Part shown: positions 20,701 through 28,168 of the stretch, piece by piece
How positions within the stretch are numbered: the stretch's first letter is position 1
Layout of the letters: every line of letters begins with the position of its first letter
Origin: Patescibacteria group bacterium
GTDB lineage: Bacteria > Patescibacteriota > Patescibacteriia > UBA2591 > UBA6264
Direction of reading: 5' to 3'
NCBI GenBank assembly: GCA_016784145.1
Contig: JADHVF010000002.1
Coordinates: 9,102-73,101 of the forward strand
Length of the DNA: 64,000 nucleotides
The notes under the pieces: model-generated
Told to the model about the DNA's origin: nothing
Seen by the model: only the letters and a program-made list of their open reading frames with translations
The model's database searches: none
Program-made: the position numbers and the translations under genes

Positions 20701-23700
20701 GATCAAGTATCAACTGGTATTTGTGGGGTTGGTAGTAATGAAAACAATGTTTGTTATTCTAACACAGCTTGCGAATCTTGGACTTGTGATCTTTTTGGAA
20801 CAGAGTGCTTTGGTACTGGGCCTTGCGAAGGTAGTAATTCATATTGCAGTCATGATAATAGTTTTTGTACTGATGATAGTGGCTGTAATACAACTACATC
20901 CACGGGAACTTGTACAAATGTCCTTGTTTGTGGAGGCAATGCTTCTTTTGAATGTAGCACTGGGGCAGATTGTTCTTCAGGTGATAATAGTTGTAATATA
21001 CCAAGTGATACTCCAACAGAGTGGGCATGTGAATATGATAACAGTGCTTGTGACCCAAACAACAATCAATGCCCTACTGTTAATGATAGTTGTTATTATG
21101 ATGATTGTTATTATACAGGTACAGCTTGTAATAGTAATTCTGATTGTGATGGTAATATTTCTCAGTCATGTGATGCTTCTACATTTGTCGCAACAGGTCA
21201 TTGTAAATTTGCCGTAGAGGAAAGTTGTATTTCAGACGATGATTGTGTTGGGAAGGGTTCTCAAGAATGTGTTTTTGGAACTTGTTCACAGGGTTATAAT
21301 AATTGTTATAACGATTCAGATAATTTTAGTTTTGTGCAATCATGTACCGGAGGAACAACTGGTTGTTATGGGGGAGATGCTTGTACATGTCCTGTTAATA
21401 GTGTTTGTATTCGAGATTTTGGCTCTTGTGATCCTTTTGGAACAGATACTTGTGCTACAGATGTACCATGTCAGAGAGTTGGCACTTGTAATACAAATTC
21501 AAACATAGAATGTTTTGAAGGCGGAGATAATAGATGTACTTATGATTACGGGAATGTTTGCGGGTTTGATGTTTGTATTTTAAATGGAGAATATAATGGC
21601 TATTGTGACACTTCATCACCATCACCTTGTGAATCCACTACTAATAATTTTTGTGATGCCCAGACGGGCACTTGTACTCAAGTACAAGATTCTTCTTGTA
21701 ATTTTTCACATTCTGACAGCGTTTCAGTTGAATTGCCTTCGGGAATGATAAATGCATATCATGTTTATACTAATAGTCCTGTTTCTACTGAAGCCGGCTT
21801 CATAGGAGATATTGGTAGTCCGACTGGAGGAGAGTTTTCTTATAATGGTCCGGCCTTTTATAGTATTTATGCTTTTGTTAGGAAAGGCACGGTGAAGTTC
21901 GGTGATTTATCAAAACCAGACGAAGAAATAGTTTCCATAGATAGTACTGAAAGCAATGACCAATGGATTAAAAAAAGTGTTTTTGTGAGTTATCCGTCTT
22001 CTACACGCGTTTATTTTGAACCAGATGTAAATAATGAGGTAGATGCTTACGTCACTGGCTTGGTTTTGTCTCCTTCTTCTTTTGCAGAATATTATTACAT
22101 TGATAATAATAAATTAGATAAAGCTACTTCTGTTTCATTAAAAAAAGGAAATATTCTCTTACAAAATTCAAGCGATATAAATATGGATGGGGAAATTAAT
22201 TCATACTATAATTCTTTTGCAACTTATCAGAAGTCGTCAGAACAAACTCCTCCAGGAGCTTTGGTTGATGCGATTAGTTGTTCGCCAGAGCCAGTAATTG
22301 ATTGTGAAGAAGAAATTAATCAGTCAACAGATTATTGCAAATATTGTTTGCCAAACAATCAGCTTGGAAATGATACCAATCTAATTTTAAAAGTTGATAG
22401 GGATAGAATTTGTGGAGAGTGGCTTACTTGTATTAGCTCTAATCAAGAATGGGATGCTAATTTAGGGGCATATAGGGATGTTTGTCAGTTCATGGGAAGA
22501 TGCAATCAATTGATAAGCTCGGGAGAGGCAACAGAATGTGTCAGATTTGTAGAGCCAGAGGAAGTTGTTTTAACAGAGGATGTTTATAAAAATAGGGATA
22601 TTTCTTTCTCGGGCATGGATTATTCAGGACATTCATTACATAATGTTTATCCCTTGGAAAAATTATTTCTCACGGGAACAGACACAGATGGTTATGAACT
22701 AACCCACAAAGACAAAGATGGTATAGAAGATGGTATAGATGGCAATGATTCAACTTTAGATAAAACATGCAGATTATTTCCTGAAAAGGACTCTCCTTTC
22801 AAAAATTGGGAAAAAGAGGACAAAAATGTCTTATATCAAGGAGTGAATTCATGTAACGATAATTCAAGTTCGGGAGATTATTCTGATTGTCAGTGTTCAT
22901 ATTTAAAAGTTAAATATGGTGGCATGAATCTTTATTATAATTACGCTGATTCAACTTTTGGCACTGCACCTTCAAAGGCCTGTATTAGCGGGAACAACAA
23001 GGGGGGAACATGCGCTAGTGATACTGATTGTGACAGCATTGCAGGGTCTTGTGTTAATAGAGGAGAGGGTCAAAAAGTGGTTGGATTAAGAGATTATTGT
23101 ATTGAATTAGATGATACAAAGGAAGGTGCTGGAGATTTAGGGGCTTGTGTTACTTGGTGGCCTGGTGCTGGCATGGGTGACCCAGATGTTTTCAATCAGG
23201 TTTCTTCAGCCGGATATGAAGGAGAGACAGAATATTTTTGCATAGATGCTTCTGACAGATGGGAATATAGAGGCGAGATTTATGAAGAAACACGTTATGA
23301 AGATGGGTATGGTTGTGCTAATAATCCTAGACCTTCCTCTTCAAATTGTGACAGTAATTACACTCTTAGTGAAACAAAGGGAGAGAATTGGGATGATGAC
23401 CAGTGGTGTGGTTGGCAAGGATCGCATAGTCAGTTTTGGAGATATGTGCATTGTACTAGGAATGGCAATGGTGATTCTGGTTGGTTTTCAGATAATAATG
23501 GTTCTGCTATAACATATCCTGTTCTTGATTATGGATCCACCCCTGTTCCTGAAGAAGTTGTAGAACATAGGTGTAACAAGATTATTGCTATCCCTGCTGG
23601 GAATGATGCTAAAGCTTTTACAAATGTTATTTATAATGAGTCAGCAGTGGGTGGTATTAATCATGGAGATGGTTGTGAGTTTTATGGCAACTTAGGATCC

Positions 23701-24453
23701 CTTGCCCTTGATTCACAAATAATTCTACCACATGCTGATTGGGCTGGAAATGATTGTAATATAAATATTTCTTACACAATTCCAGGAACATTGCTCGCTA
23801 GATATCCTATCACTTTGGCTGGCACAATTATTCATAATGGCACCAGTATTTTAAAGCAATTATTTGCTGTGTCAGGAAATGAATATCATTGGAATGGAAG
23901 TGCTTATATTGAACAAGCTGGTACATCATGGGATAATACAGAGACGGCAACAAATACAATCAATGCTCCCAAGGTTGCTTCCATGTCAGAAATAGAGGGA
24001 GAAATTACCATTGGTGATTCTAGTGATGCTGATGTTGCACGCACGGCAGCTTATCCGGCTACATTAAAGTTTTATGCTTGGGCCAATGAAAACCAAATGC
24101 CAGTCAGGGAAATCGAAATTGACTGGCTAGGCACAGGGTCTGAGATGGGGATTGAACAACATAATGTAACAGCTAAAAATCATAAAATTACTTGCGATAA
24201 TACTAATTTCGGAGATTCATCAGATGGGTGTATTGACGAACCATATGTATTTAACCGTATTTATACTTGTGTTGGTTCTGGTAGTTTGGGGTGGAATTCT
24301 AGTTTTTGCGGGGGGCTGACTAATGCTTGTTGTTTCAAACCAAGGGTAAGGATAAAAGATAATTGGGGCTGGTGTACAAATGGAGTTTTTGATTGTTCAG
24401 ACACACAAGGGTGGGTTGATTATAACGGAAAAATAGTAATATACGCTCAGTAA
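14710..24453 (+). CDS. Giant (3247 aa) secreted Cys-rich surface protein with at least 3-4 CBM4_9-like carbohydrate-binding jelly-roll modules
   Basis: It is a single uninterrupted 9.7-kb ORF with an N-terminal signal peptide (KKIFLIILVIVFCFTLFAPRQVLA). CBM4_9-like segments lie around aa 770-930, 1130-1290 and 1590-1740 (…GNWF…YTVSVMVKA…VYVDQVNFVKG; IPNSGFELD…KYTISAKIKI…VYFDNIQLEY; …FYIDNVILEQ). A dense Cys-rich repeat region spans roughly aa 2000-2350. Confidence 0.7.
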   Translation: MNSQMKKIFLIILVIVFCFTLFAPRQVLALGDEWATIGHFFSSVGEYVWKIGEALWEESKHQFTAVVFKQGLNLYLGEMARQSAEYVATGGKGQKPAFISDPTYWSKMGDNLLGTLVNEVAQEGLGVKSLCDPIDPTIRFNMLVSVDTKYKEQQFKENEMDICPLSRINERVKEASSKKLFEFSAGVKEGKPKKFKTDIKVAIVNDTTINKADGNFVCDKRGKLVWGMLKCECKENCTSSNCDNTCFSVDERNNFGRWVNDGAQDLLNIIDKLSNIQDEFEKIINAYECAVQDKDGNPGWCTKKLEEVEQIRKDKQAERNEKCPNQDDPEYCDKLQDEINNLVEKFLYIDKWSKNYISIDKSLRIKNVIKDLKKLIDETPDPTSGLKKGVWGLKKENKGWEIDSSKDNENYLGWWTTYPAKCAKESSDDFYASEHCPTLSALAFGNDSNEHYQDVITYSKRMNTYAKKIADWYATLEDMITETHKALEEEEDLPETDPLDEVRRVTSSEGSDIGATIKMKSDFFDKQAKAMEESKFFQNLQGRMNDVSTNISGITKTPSIYIDESTRTAIKEGSATYKQYTGAALADAFNIFSSTLMKKLMERIFEEGFNPTVEADRTKPFLDKGEDEPPVVPDLEDIRDDFSDLKSAPMRKGGKMSIYDEFAVCLDDPSYELPTNCLIDSNMIEAIEGKMTIGEALDENLLNPGASVGSPGDTSSLFSYANLKKLRRYRIFPLGMEIAAEKIYNQTMGDQEYKLRSIVNGFNVENSIGTCSTIDLNGSFETGESVPGNWFLNDSDGTGTRESVDNEYYHGSFSYKINSTHTANAYYGIGHEPYDIEPNTQYTVSVMVKAEAINTGSFNLSLHCHSDSGGNFNYTTDAGDTSISSASSSWEQLYRTFTTHNDATDCTMLLIFNNGGTGTVYVDQVNFVKGNNIPNDYSWESASPFCHLVDPDWVLKASTYQCDLMGYSAIPLKNSNQRQETCVDLKDCIHEDQDGNCDTWAYCTREKNVWQFNGTACDKQYASCETYVRLSDKKQAFYVSNTIDFETCTENDNGCNWYCSVWDNDIGSDGKWACVEPGSSSYPDGKSDYSQYDDDNAIFFNLKAEDCKIEEQGCNEYIKLGENINLIPNSGFELDKNADDIADGWIEKWEGDEVLTEDAAFDGLFGYEFVHSNGDDMGDYTGAWQRVSVLPGQKYTISAKIKIITPVTGTGSTATVNYYWDEDGDNYDIGNKGETIIILDYLDEWQEHSQTVVAPDNMNYVWIAPIMYGNGKVYFDNIQLEYGALSSAYKEYGSGVKEYFKTIPKQRQWVEDGNGNWDWEWKTCSVYDEADNLDCDGYAQQCDAKDIGCEIYTNISNNVSFSAVKRGEDECAPECVGYETFRQIPTNFDINVDWKSFIPSTAQGCYVPGCEEFTNLDTLNQGGEGTEYYSYLRQCVKTDEQARAIIDSNSDEIMPPDSDTCGYFYTWIGSETSGFQLKKYYLKIDTDNGPEKVSTSPPSSWGNCWNEDHAATNPYCKQFYNEAGQIYYRLYKNTITCSEECYPFRRSINQAIYMAMPSQGEMCSSQNNGCKEYKGPLAGDINSVFSDDFTAGTGQWTTGDLSSETDNFSGYSLKNNGAGELKRSVAGLTQKDKIYFVSFWIKTASSDPIEVYFTSTDRIEQNISLVNEWQNMRFGPFYFSTTPSNDEKLNIFATSDFYIDNVILEQIDDNIYLINDSWSTQGSCDIDYQGNYSQGYMIGCAKYVDTNNDEHYFKQFSKMCPEQAVGCAGYINTQNYSYPFEWQFNQAGADNDEITILADKTEYYVVEKENYCHENNKGCERLGLPEIEDDGSISMWSDVFIKNNPDNYKSKSMVLCDVDGVGCEAYSDNYYFKDPIKQAKLCEYKTKTINGNNQSGWFKKDTDQACYYENTGPYIIDDLTYGIYFPGQENYDNYVGICPKKQVGCTEFVDPGWGGGTKNLINNSDFANEDVGYDDDNHPDGWFDSFNNNPSWQVEVVDQVSTGICGVGSNENNVCYSNTACESWTCDLFGTECFGTGPCEGSNSYCSHDNSFCTDDSGCNTTTSTGTCTNVLVCGGNASFECSTGADCSSGDNSCNIPSDTPTEWACEYDNSACDPNNNQCPTVNDSCYYDDCYYTGTACNSNSDCDGNISQSCDASTFVATGHCKFAVEESCISDDDCVGKGSQECVFGTCSQGYNNCYNDSDNFSFVQSCTGGTTGCYGGDACTCPVNSVCIRDFGSCDPFGTDTCATDVPCQRVGTCNTNSNIECFEGGDNRCTYDYGNVCGFDVCILNGEYNGYCDTSSPSPCESTTNNFCDAQTGTCTQVQDSSCNFSHSDSVSVELPSGMINAYHVYTNSPVSTEAGFIGDIGSPTGGEFSYNGPAFYSIYAFVRKGTVKFGDLSKPDEEIVSIDSTESNDQWIKKSVFVSYPSSTRVYFEPDVNNEVDAYVTGLVLSPSSFAEYYYIDNNKLDKATSVSLKKGNILLQNSSDINMDGEINSYYNSFATYQKSSEQTPPGALVDAISCSPEPVIDCEEEINQSTDYCKYCLPNNQLGNDTNLILKVDRDRICGEWLTCISSNQEWDANLGAYRDVCQFMGRCNQLISSGEATECVRFVEPEEVVLTEDVYKNRDISFSGMDYSGHSLHNVYPLEKLFLTGTDTDGYELTHKDKDGIEDGIDGNDSTLDKTCRLFPEKDSPFKNWEKEDKNVLYQGVNSCNDNSSSGDYSDCQCSYLKVKYGGMNLYYNYADSTFGTAPSKACISGNNKGGTCASDTDCDSIAGSCVNRGEGQKVVGLRDYCIELDDTKEGAGDLGACVTWWPGAGMGDPDVFNQVSSAGYEGETEYFCIDASDRWEYRGEIYEETRYEDGYGCANNPRPSSSNCDSNYTLSETKGENWDDDQWCGWQGSHSQFWRYVHCTRNGNGDSGWFSDNNGSAITYPVLDYGSTPVPEEVVEHRCNKIIAIPAGNDAKAFTNVIYNESAVGGINHGDGCEFYGNLGSLALDSQIILPHADWAGNDCNINISYTIPGTLLARYPITLAGTIIHNGTSILKQLFAVSGNEYHWNGSAYIEQAGTSWDNTETATNTINAPKVASMSEIEGEITIGDSSDADVARTAAYPATLKFYAWANENQMPVREIEIDWLGTGSEMGIEQHNVTAKNHKITCDNTNFGDSSDGCIDEPYVFNRIYTCVGSGSLGWNSSFCGGLTNACCFKPRVRIKDNWGWCTNGVFDCSDTQGWVDYNGKIVIYAQ

Positions 24454-24536
24454 ACAAGGGCAGGCCCCTTTTAAATGGGTCTGACCTTTTAGCATAATTC
24501 AAACCATTTTTAGTTAATTGTATTTGTGTTTATTTA

Positions 24537-27500
24537 ATGTTAAATAGATTAAAAAAAATTAATTTTTCTCTTAAAAAATTAATACCAATAAACAGCATTG
24601 GTGTGAAAAGATTTTTATTATTATTTGTTTTTGTTGGTATTGCTATTTTTGTTCCTAAAATAGTATTTGCTTTTAGTATTATAGATAGCATAATTGCTCC
24701 TCCCTTAATGGCTTTGATTAATTTTTTGGGAAGATTAACTTCGTTTTTTATTTGGCTCTTAGTTCAAGTGGCTCAGTATAATGATTTTATAAATTCACCA
24801 GCCGTATCAAAAGGGTGGATTTTAATGAGAGACATATTTAATATGTTTTTTGTTATTATCTTGTTAGTAATTGCTTTTGCGACGGTTCTTAAAATAGAAA
24901 CATATTCATACAAGCGATTAATGCCAGTATTTATTGTTTCAGCTGTTTTGATTAATTTTTCCAAGTTGATTTGCGGAGTGATAATTGATATTTCTCAGGT
25001 TTTAATGCTTACATTTATATCTGCTATTCAGTCAGCTGCTACAGCTGATTTTGTTGAAATTTTTGGGTTGACTAAAATGTTGGAATTAAGAGATAACATA
25101 GAATCAGGGGTGGTTATTTCGGGAGGAGAAATGTTTGGGGCTTTGCTTTTAGGACTTGTTATGGTTTTGGTTGCTCTTGGAGTTATAATGACAATGACAC
25201 TTTTGTTAGTAGCCAGGATTGTTATGATTTGGTTTTATGTCCTGCTTTCGCCAATGGCTTTTATGGCAACTATTTTACCGGGGACAAAAAGCTATGCTAG
25301 TCAATGGTGGACTGATTTTATAAAACAAGTAATCATTGGCCCTGTTTTGGCTTTTTTTCTATGGATATCTTTTTCAGTTGTCTCGACAGGGGGGTCTTCT
25401 GGAATGATTGATTCATCTAGCGGGAATTCAGCTACCATAGGCGTAACCGGAGAGCCGAGTTTTATATTTAACTTTTTAATTGGCATTGCGATGTTGATCG
25501 GCTCTTTAATGATGGCTCAAAAAATGGGAGTAGCTGGTGGAAAAATGGTTGGGGGAGCAGTTAGCAAAATGAAAGGCATGGCCATTGGCAAAGCAAAAGG
25601 AGTAGCCAAGAGAGCAGCCAAGAGAGTAGGAGCCCCTTTAAAGAAAGTTGGCAAGGGCTTGGCAGGAGCAGCAGTTAAAGCACCTCTTAGGGGATTAAAG
25701 GCTGGAGTAAAATTTGGGGGCAAAAAATTACAAAAAACAGGAAAAGTCGGAGAATGGGTTGGTAAGGGAATTGAAAAGACAGCAACTCCGATTGAATCAA
25801 TTAGACAACTAAAAGGTAGTGCAGTTCAAGGATTGCAAAAAAGAAAACAAAGTCGTTTAGAAAGACTTAGAAAAGGGAAAGGAACGATAATGGATAAAGC
25901 AGCCCAGGCATTAAGTGAAGAATATGATAAATCAGGAGGGAGAGACACAACAATTAACCAGGAAATTAGGAGGGATAAACTTGAAAAAAGACAAAAACAA
26001 GCTCAATCAAAACATGATGATGATGTAATTGTAGGAGCAGAAAACGACGAAGCATATGCTCTTGTGGCAGCAGAAAGAGGATTATTAAAAACAACCAAAG
26101 TTGAAAAATTACCGACTAAAGACAATAAAAGATTGGAAGAATTAAAACAAGGTGATGCCACAGACACTTTAACCACAGAGGAGCAAGAAGAGTTTGAAGA
26201 ATTAACAACCAAGAATGAGGATTTAAAGAAAAAAGCTAAAACAACAACCAAGAACAATGAACGAGTTGAGCGCACGGTGGCTAATGCTAGAAACAAATTT
26301 GCATCAGATTCTATTATAGGGAAGTCCTTTGATGACCATTTAAAAAAGAAAGGTGATGCTAATTTAGCTTATAATACATTTTATAAAGATAATCCAGGGC
26401 AGTTAACTAAAGATATTAAATCAGGAGATTTTGGGGTAGCCCAATTAATGAAATTAGATAAAGATACAACAAAGGACCTTGGTTCAAGTGATGTGGGGCA
26501 GAATATTTTATCTGAAATAAAAACAGAGGATTTTAATAAATTTGCTAAATCTACGGACATAAAAGTTCAGGATAAATTTGAAGCACTTTTTGGAGACATA
26601 AAGCCGGAAAAAATTAAAGAAAAAGATAAACAAAAACTGATTGATGCTGGTAGGGCTGATTTAGCTTTTGTGGATGACCCAGAAACAGAAGAACAAAAAA
26701 GTAATAACAAAAACATGGTTAAAAAATTGGAAATGGAAGAGAATAGAGATGTTTTACTTAAACAGTCAGACATGGCTTTAAAGAATGATGTGGTGGCTGA
26801 GTTGGTCGTAAAGACAGCAAATCTAGAAGATATTCAAAAAATGTCACCGAAAAGAAAGGAAAATCTTTTGGAAGAAAAAATGCCTGCTATAATGAAGAAT
26901 TATCAAAAAAAGGAAAGCGATCAAGGATTAGAAGACCCTGAAAAAGAAGATTATAAGAAGATTCAAACAACTTATATTAAAGCCAAGAAAGGAAAAGATA
27001 TTAGCAAGGTCTTTGAAGACAAGGATGGCAAGTTTGATGAAAGCAAGTGTGCTAATCTTTCTAAATGGATAAAAAATGGTACAATTAAATCAGGTGATTT
27101 GGGAGATTTAGATATTGATAGGGAAAATATTAATGAAAAGCAAAAAGATGAAGTATTGAGTCAAATATCTCAAGGAATGACAGCTAGCGATGTTATGAAA
27201 TTATATGGTAAAAATCAAGGATTGGCACAAAAATTAACCAATAAAATTCAAGCACAAGCTTCAACAGGAGATAAAGAAGCACTAGAAAAGATAGAAGTTC
27301 TCTCCAACTCAGAATTTTTTCAAAGACAAATATCTACAACAACTAAACAAAAAACAAAAGAAACAAAAATACAGGGCAAGAAAGTAGATAAATCAAGTGT
27401 CCGAAAGATTGAAACAATAACTACTCAAGAAATTGAAGAAAGAAAAGAAATGATAACCAAAAAATATAATAACCTTGAAGAACCAGTAGATGCTATAATG

Positions 27501-28127
27501 ATAGTAGAAGACCATACTAAACAAGGTGGCGAATTAGCGAAAACAATTAGTTCTGCTTCTTTAGAATCATTTAAAAATTTACAAGCATCAAAGAATGCAG
27601 GGAAAGAAATGATTGCTAAAATGGACAAAAATGAATTAAATGAGTTTGCTCAGGAGCTAATCAAGCATAAAGGCGGACAAGAAAAACTGGCAAAGATTTT
27701 TAATTTAAGAGATATGTTCCCTGTCGGCCAAGACTTGTCTGAAAAAGGAAAGATGACAGTTAATAACAAAGAATATGATTTATCTAATTCAAGGGAAAGA
27801 GAAGAGGTTAATCAACTCAATGCTCAAAAAGCAGTTGATGTTATAAAACAAGCACCAACCATTGCTGTTAATTTAGCAGGAGTAGAAGGCGCAAAAGGAT
27901 TAACAGATTTGCAAGGAGTGAGCAAAGAAATAGCAGAAGCGATAATACAAGCCATTGCCAACCAAGCAAACAAAGGGGATGACCAAGCTCAACAACTCAT
28001 TCCCAACCTTAAAAATACTGCATGGATAAAAGAAATTTTAGAAAAACAAAAGAAAGAAGCAGGACCACTAGAAGAAGGGCAATCAGAGACAGAAGGGACA
28101 ACAGAAGGGACAACAGAAACAGAATAA
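24537..28127 (+). CDS. VirB6/TrbL-like polytopic membrane protein with an ~850-aa K/E/D-rich low-complexity tail
   Basis: The N-terminal ~330 aa contain about 6-7 hydrophobic helices with TrbL/VirB6-like organisation. Next comes a Gly/Lys-rich linker (GKAKGVAKRAAKRVGAPLKK). The tail is long, charged and probably coiled/disordered. It lies in the same operon as the VirB4 ATPase. Confidence 0.5.
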   Translation: MLNRLKKINFSLKKLIPINSIGVKRFLLLFVFVGIAIFVPKIVFAFSIIDSIIAPPLMALINFLGRLTSFFIWLLVQVAQYNDFINSPAVSKGWILMRDIFNMFFVIILLVIAFATVLKIETYSYKRLMPVFIVSAVLINFSKLICGVIIDISQVLMLTFISAIQSAATADFVEIFGLTKMLELRDNIESGVVISGGEMFGALLLGLVMVLVALGVIMTMTLLLVARIVMIWFYVLLSPMAFMATILPGTKSYASQWWTDFIKQVIIGPVLAFFLWISFSVVSTGGSSGMIDSSSGNSATIGVTGEPSFIFNFLIGIAMLIGSLMMAQKMGVAGGKMVGGAVSKMKGMAIGKAKGVAKRAAKRVGAPLKKVGKGLAGAAVKAPLRGLKAGVKFGGKKLQKTGKVGEWVGKGIEKTATPIESIRQLKGSAVQGLQKRKQSRLERLRKGKGTIMDKAAQALSEEYDKSGGRDTTINQEIRRDKLEKRQKQAQSKHDDDVIVGAENDEAYALVAAERGLLKTTKVEKLPTKDNKRLEELKQGDATDTLTTEEQEEFEELTTKNEDLKKKAKTTTKNNERVERTVANARNKFASDSIIGKSFDDHLKKKGDANLAYNTFYKDNPGQLTKDIKSGDFGVAQLMKLDKDTTKDLGSSDVGQNILSEIKTEDFNKFAKSTDIKVQDKFEALFGDIKPEKIKEKDKQKLIDAGRADLAFVDDPETEEQKSNNKNMVKKLEMEENRDVLLKQSDMALKNDVVAELVVKTANLEDIQKMSPKRKENLLEEKMPAIMKNYQKKESDQGLEDPEKEDYKKIQTTYIKAKKGKDISKVFEDKDGKFDESKCANLSKWIKNGTIKSGDLGDLDIDRENINEKQKDEVLSQISQGMTASDVMKLYGKNQGLAQKLTNKIQAQASTGDKEALEKIEVLSNSEFFQRQISTTTKQKTKETKIQGKKVDKSSVRKIETITTQEIEERKEMITKKYNNLEEPVDAIMIVEDHTKQGGELAKTISSASLESFKNLQASKNAGKEMIAKMDKNELNEFAQELIKHKGGQEKLAKIFNLRDMFPVGQDLSEKGKMTVNNKEYDLSNSREREEVNQLNAQKAVDVIKQAPTIAVNLAGVEGAKGLTDLQGVSKEIAEAIIQAIANQANKGDDQAQQLIPNLKNTAWIKEILEKQKKEAGPLEEGQSETEGTTEGTTETE

Positions 28128-28168
28128 TTAATAATTATTGATTGATATAATAAAAACAAATTAGAAAC

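Noticed and set aside
20600-21217. 205-aa + strand ORF (and others at 19160, 20195, 21239, 23246) in alternative frames inside the giant gene, encoding very hydrophobic peptides
   Set aside because: They are entirely nested within the 9.7-kb ORF in a different frame. Their composition is an artefact of TGT/GAT-rich Cys/Asp codons read out of frame, and they have no independent start context.
24454-24536. Terminator between the giant gene and the VirB6-like gene (CAGGCCC…GGGTCTG imperfect hairpin plus a short T-run)
   Set aside because: The stem needs a G:U pair and the T-tract is interrupted (ACCTTTTAG). It is too weak to call, and the genes are probably co-transcribed.
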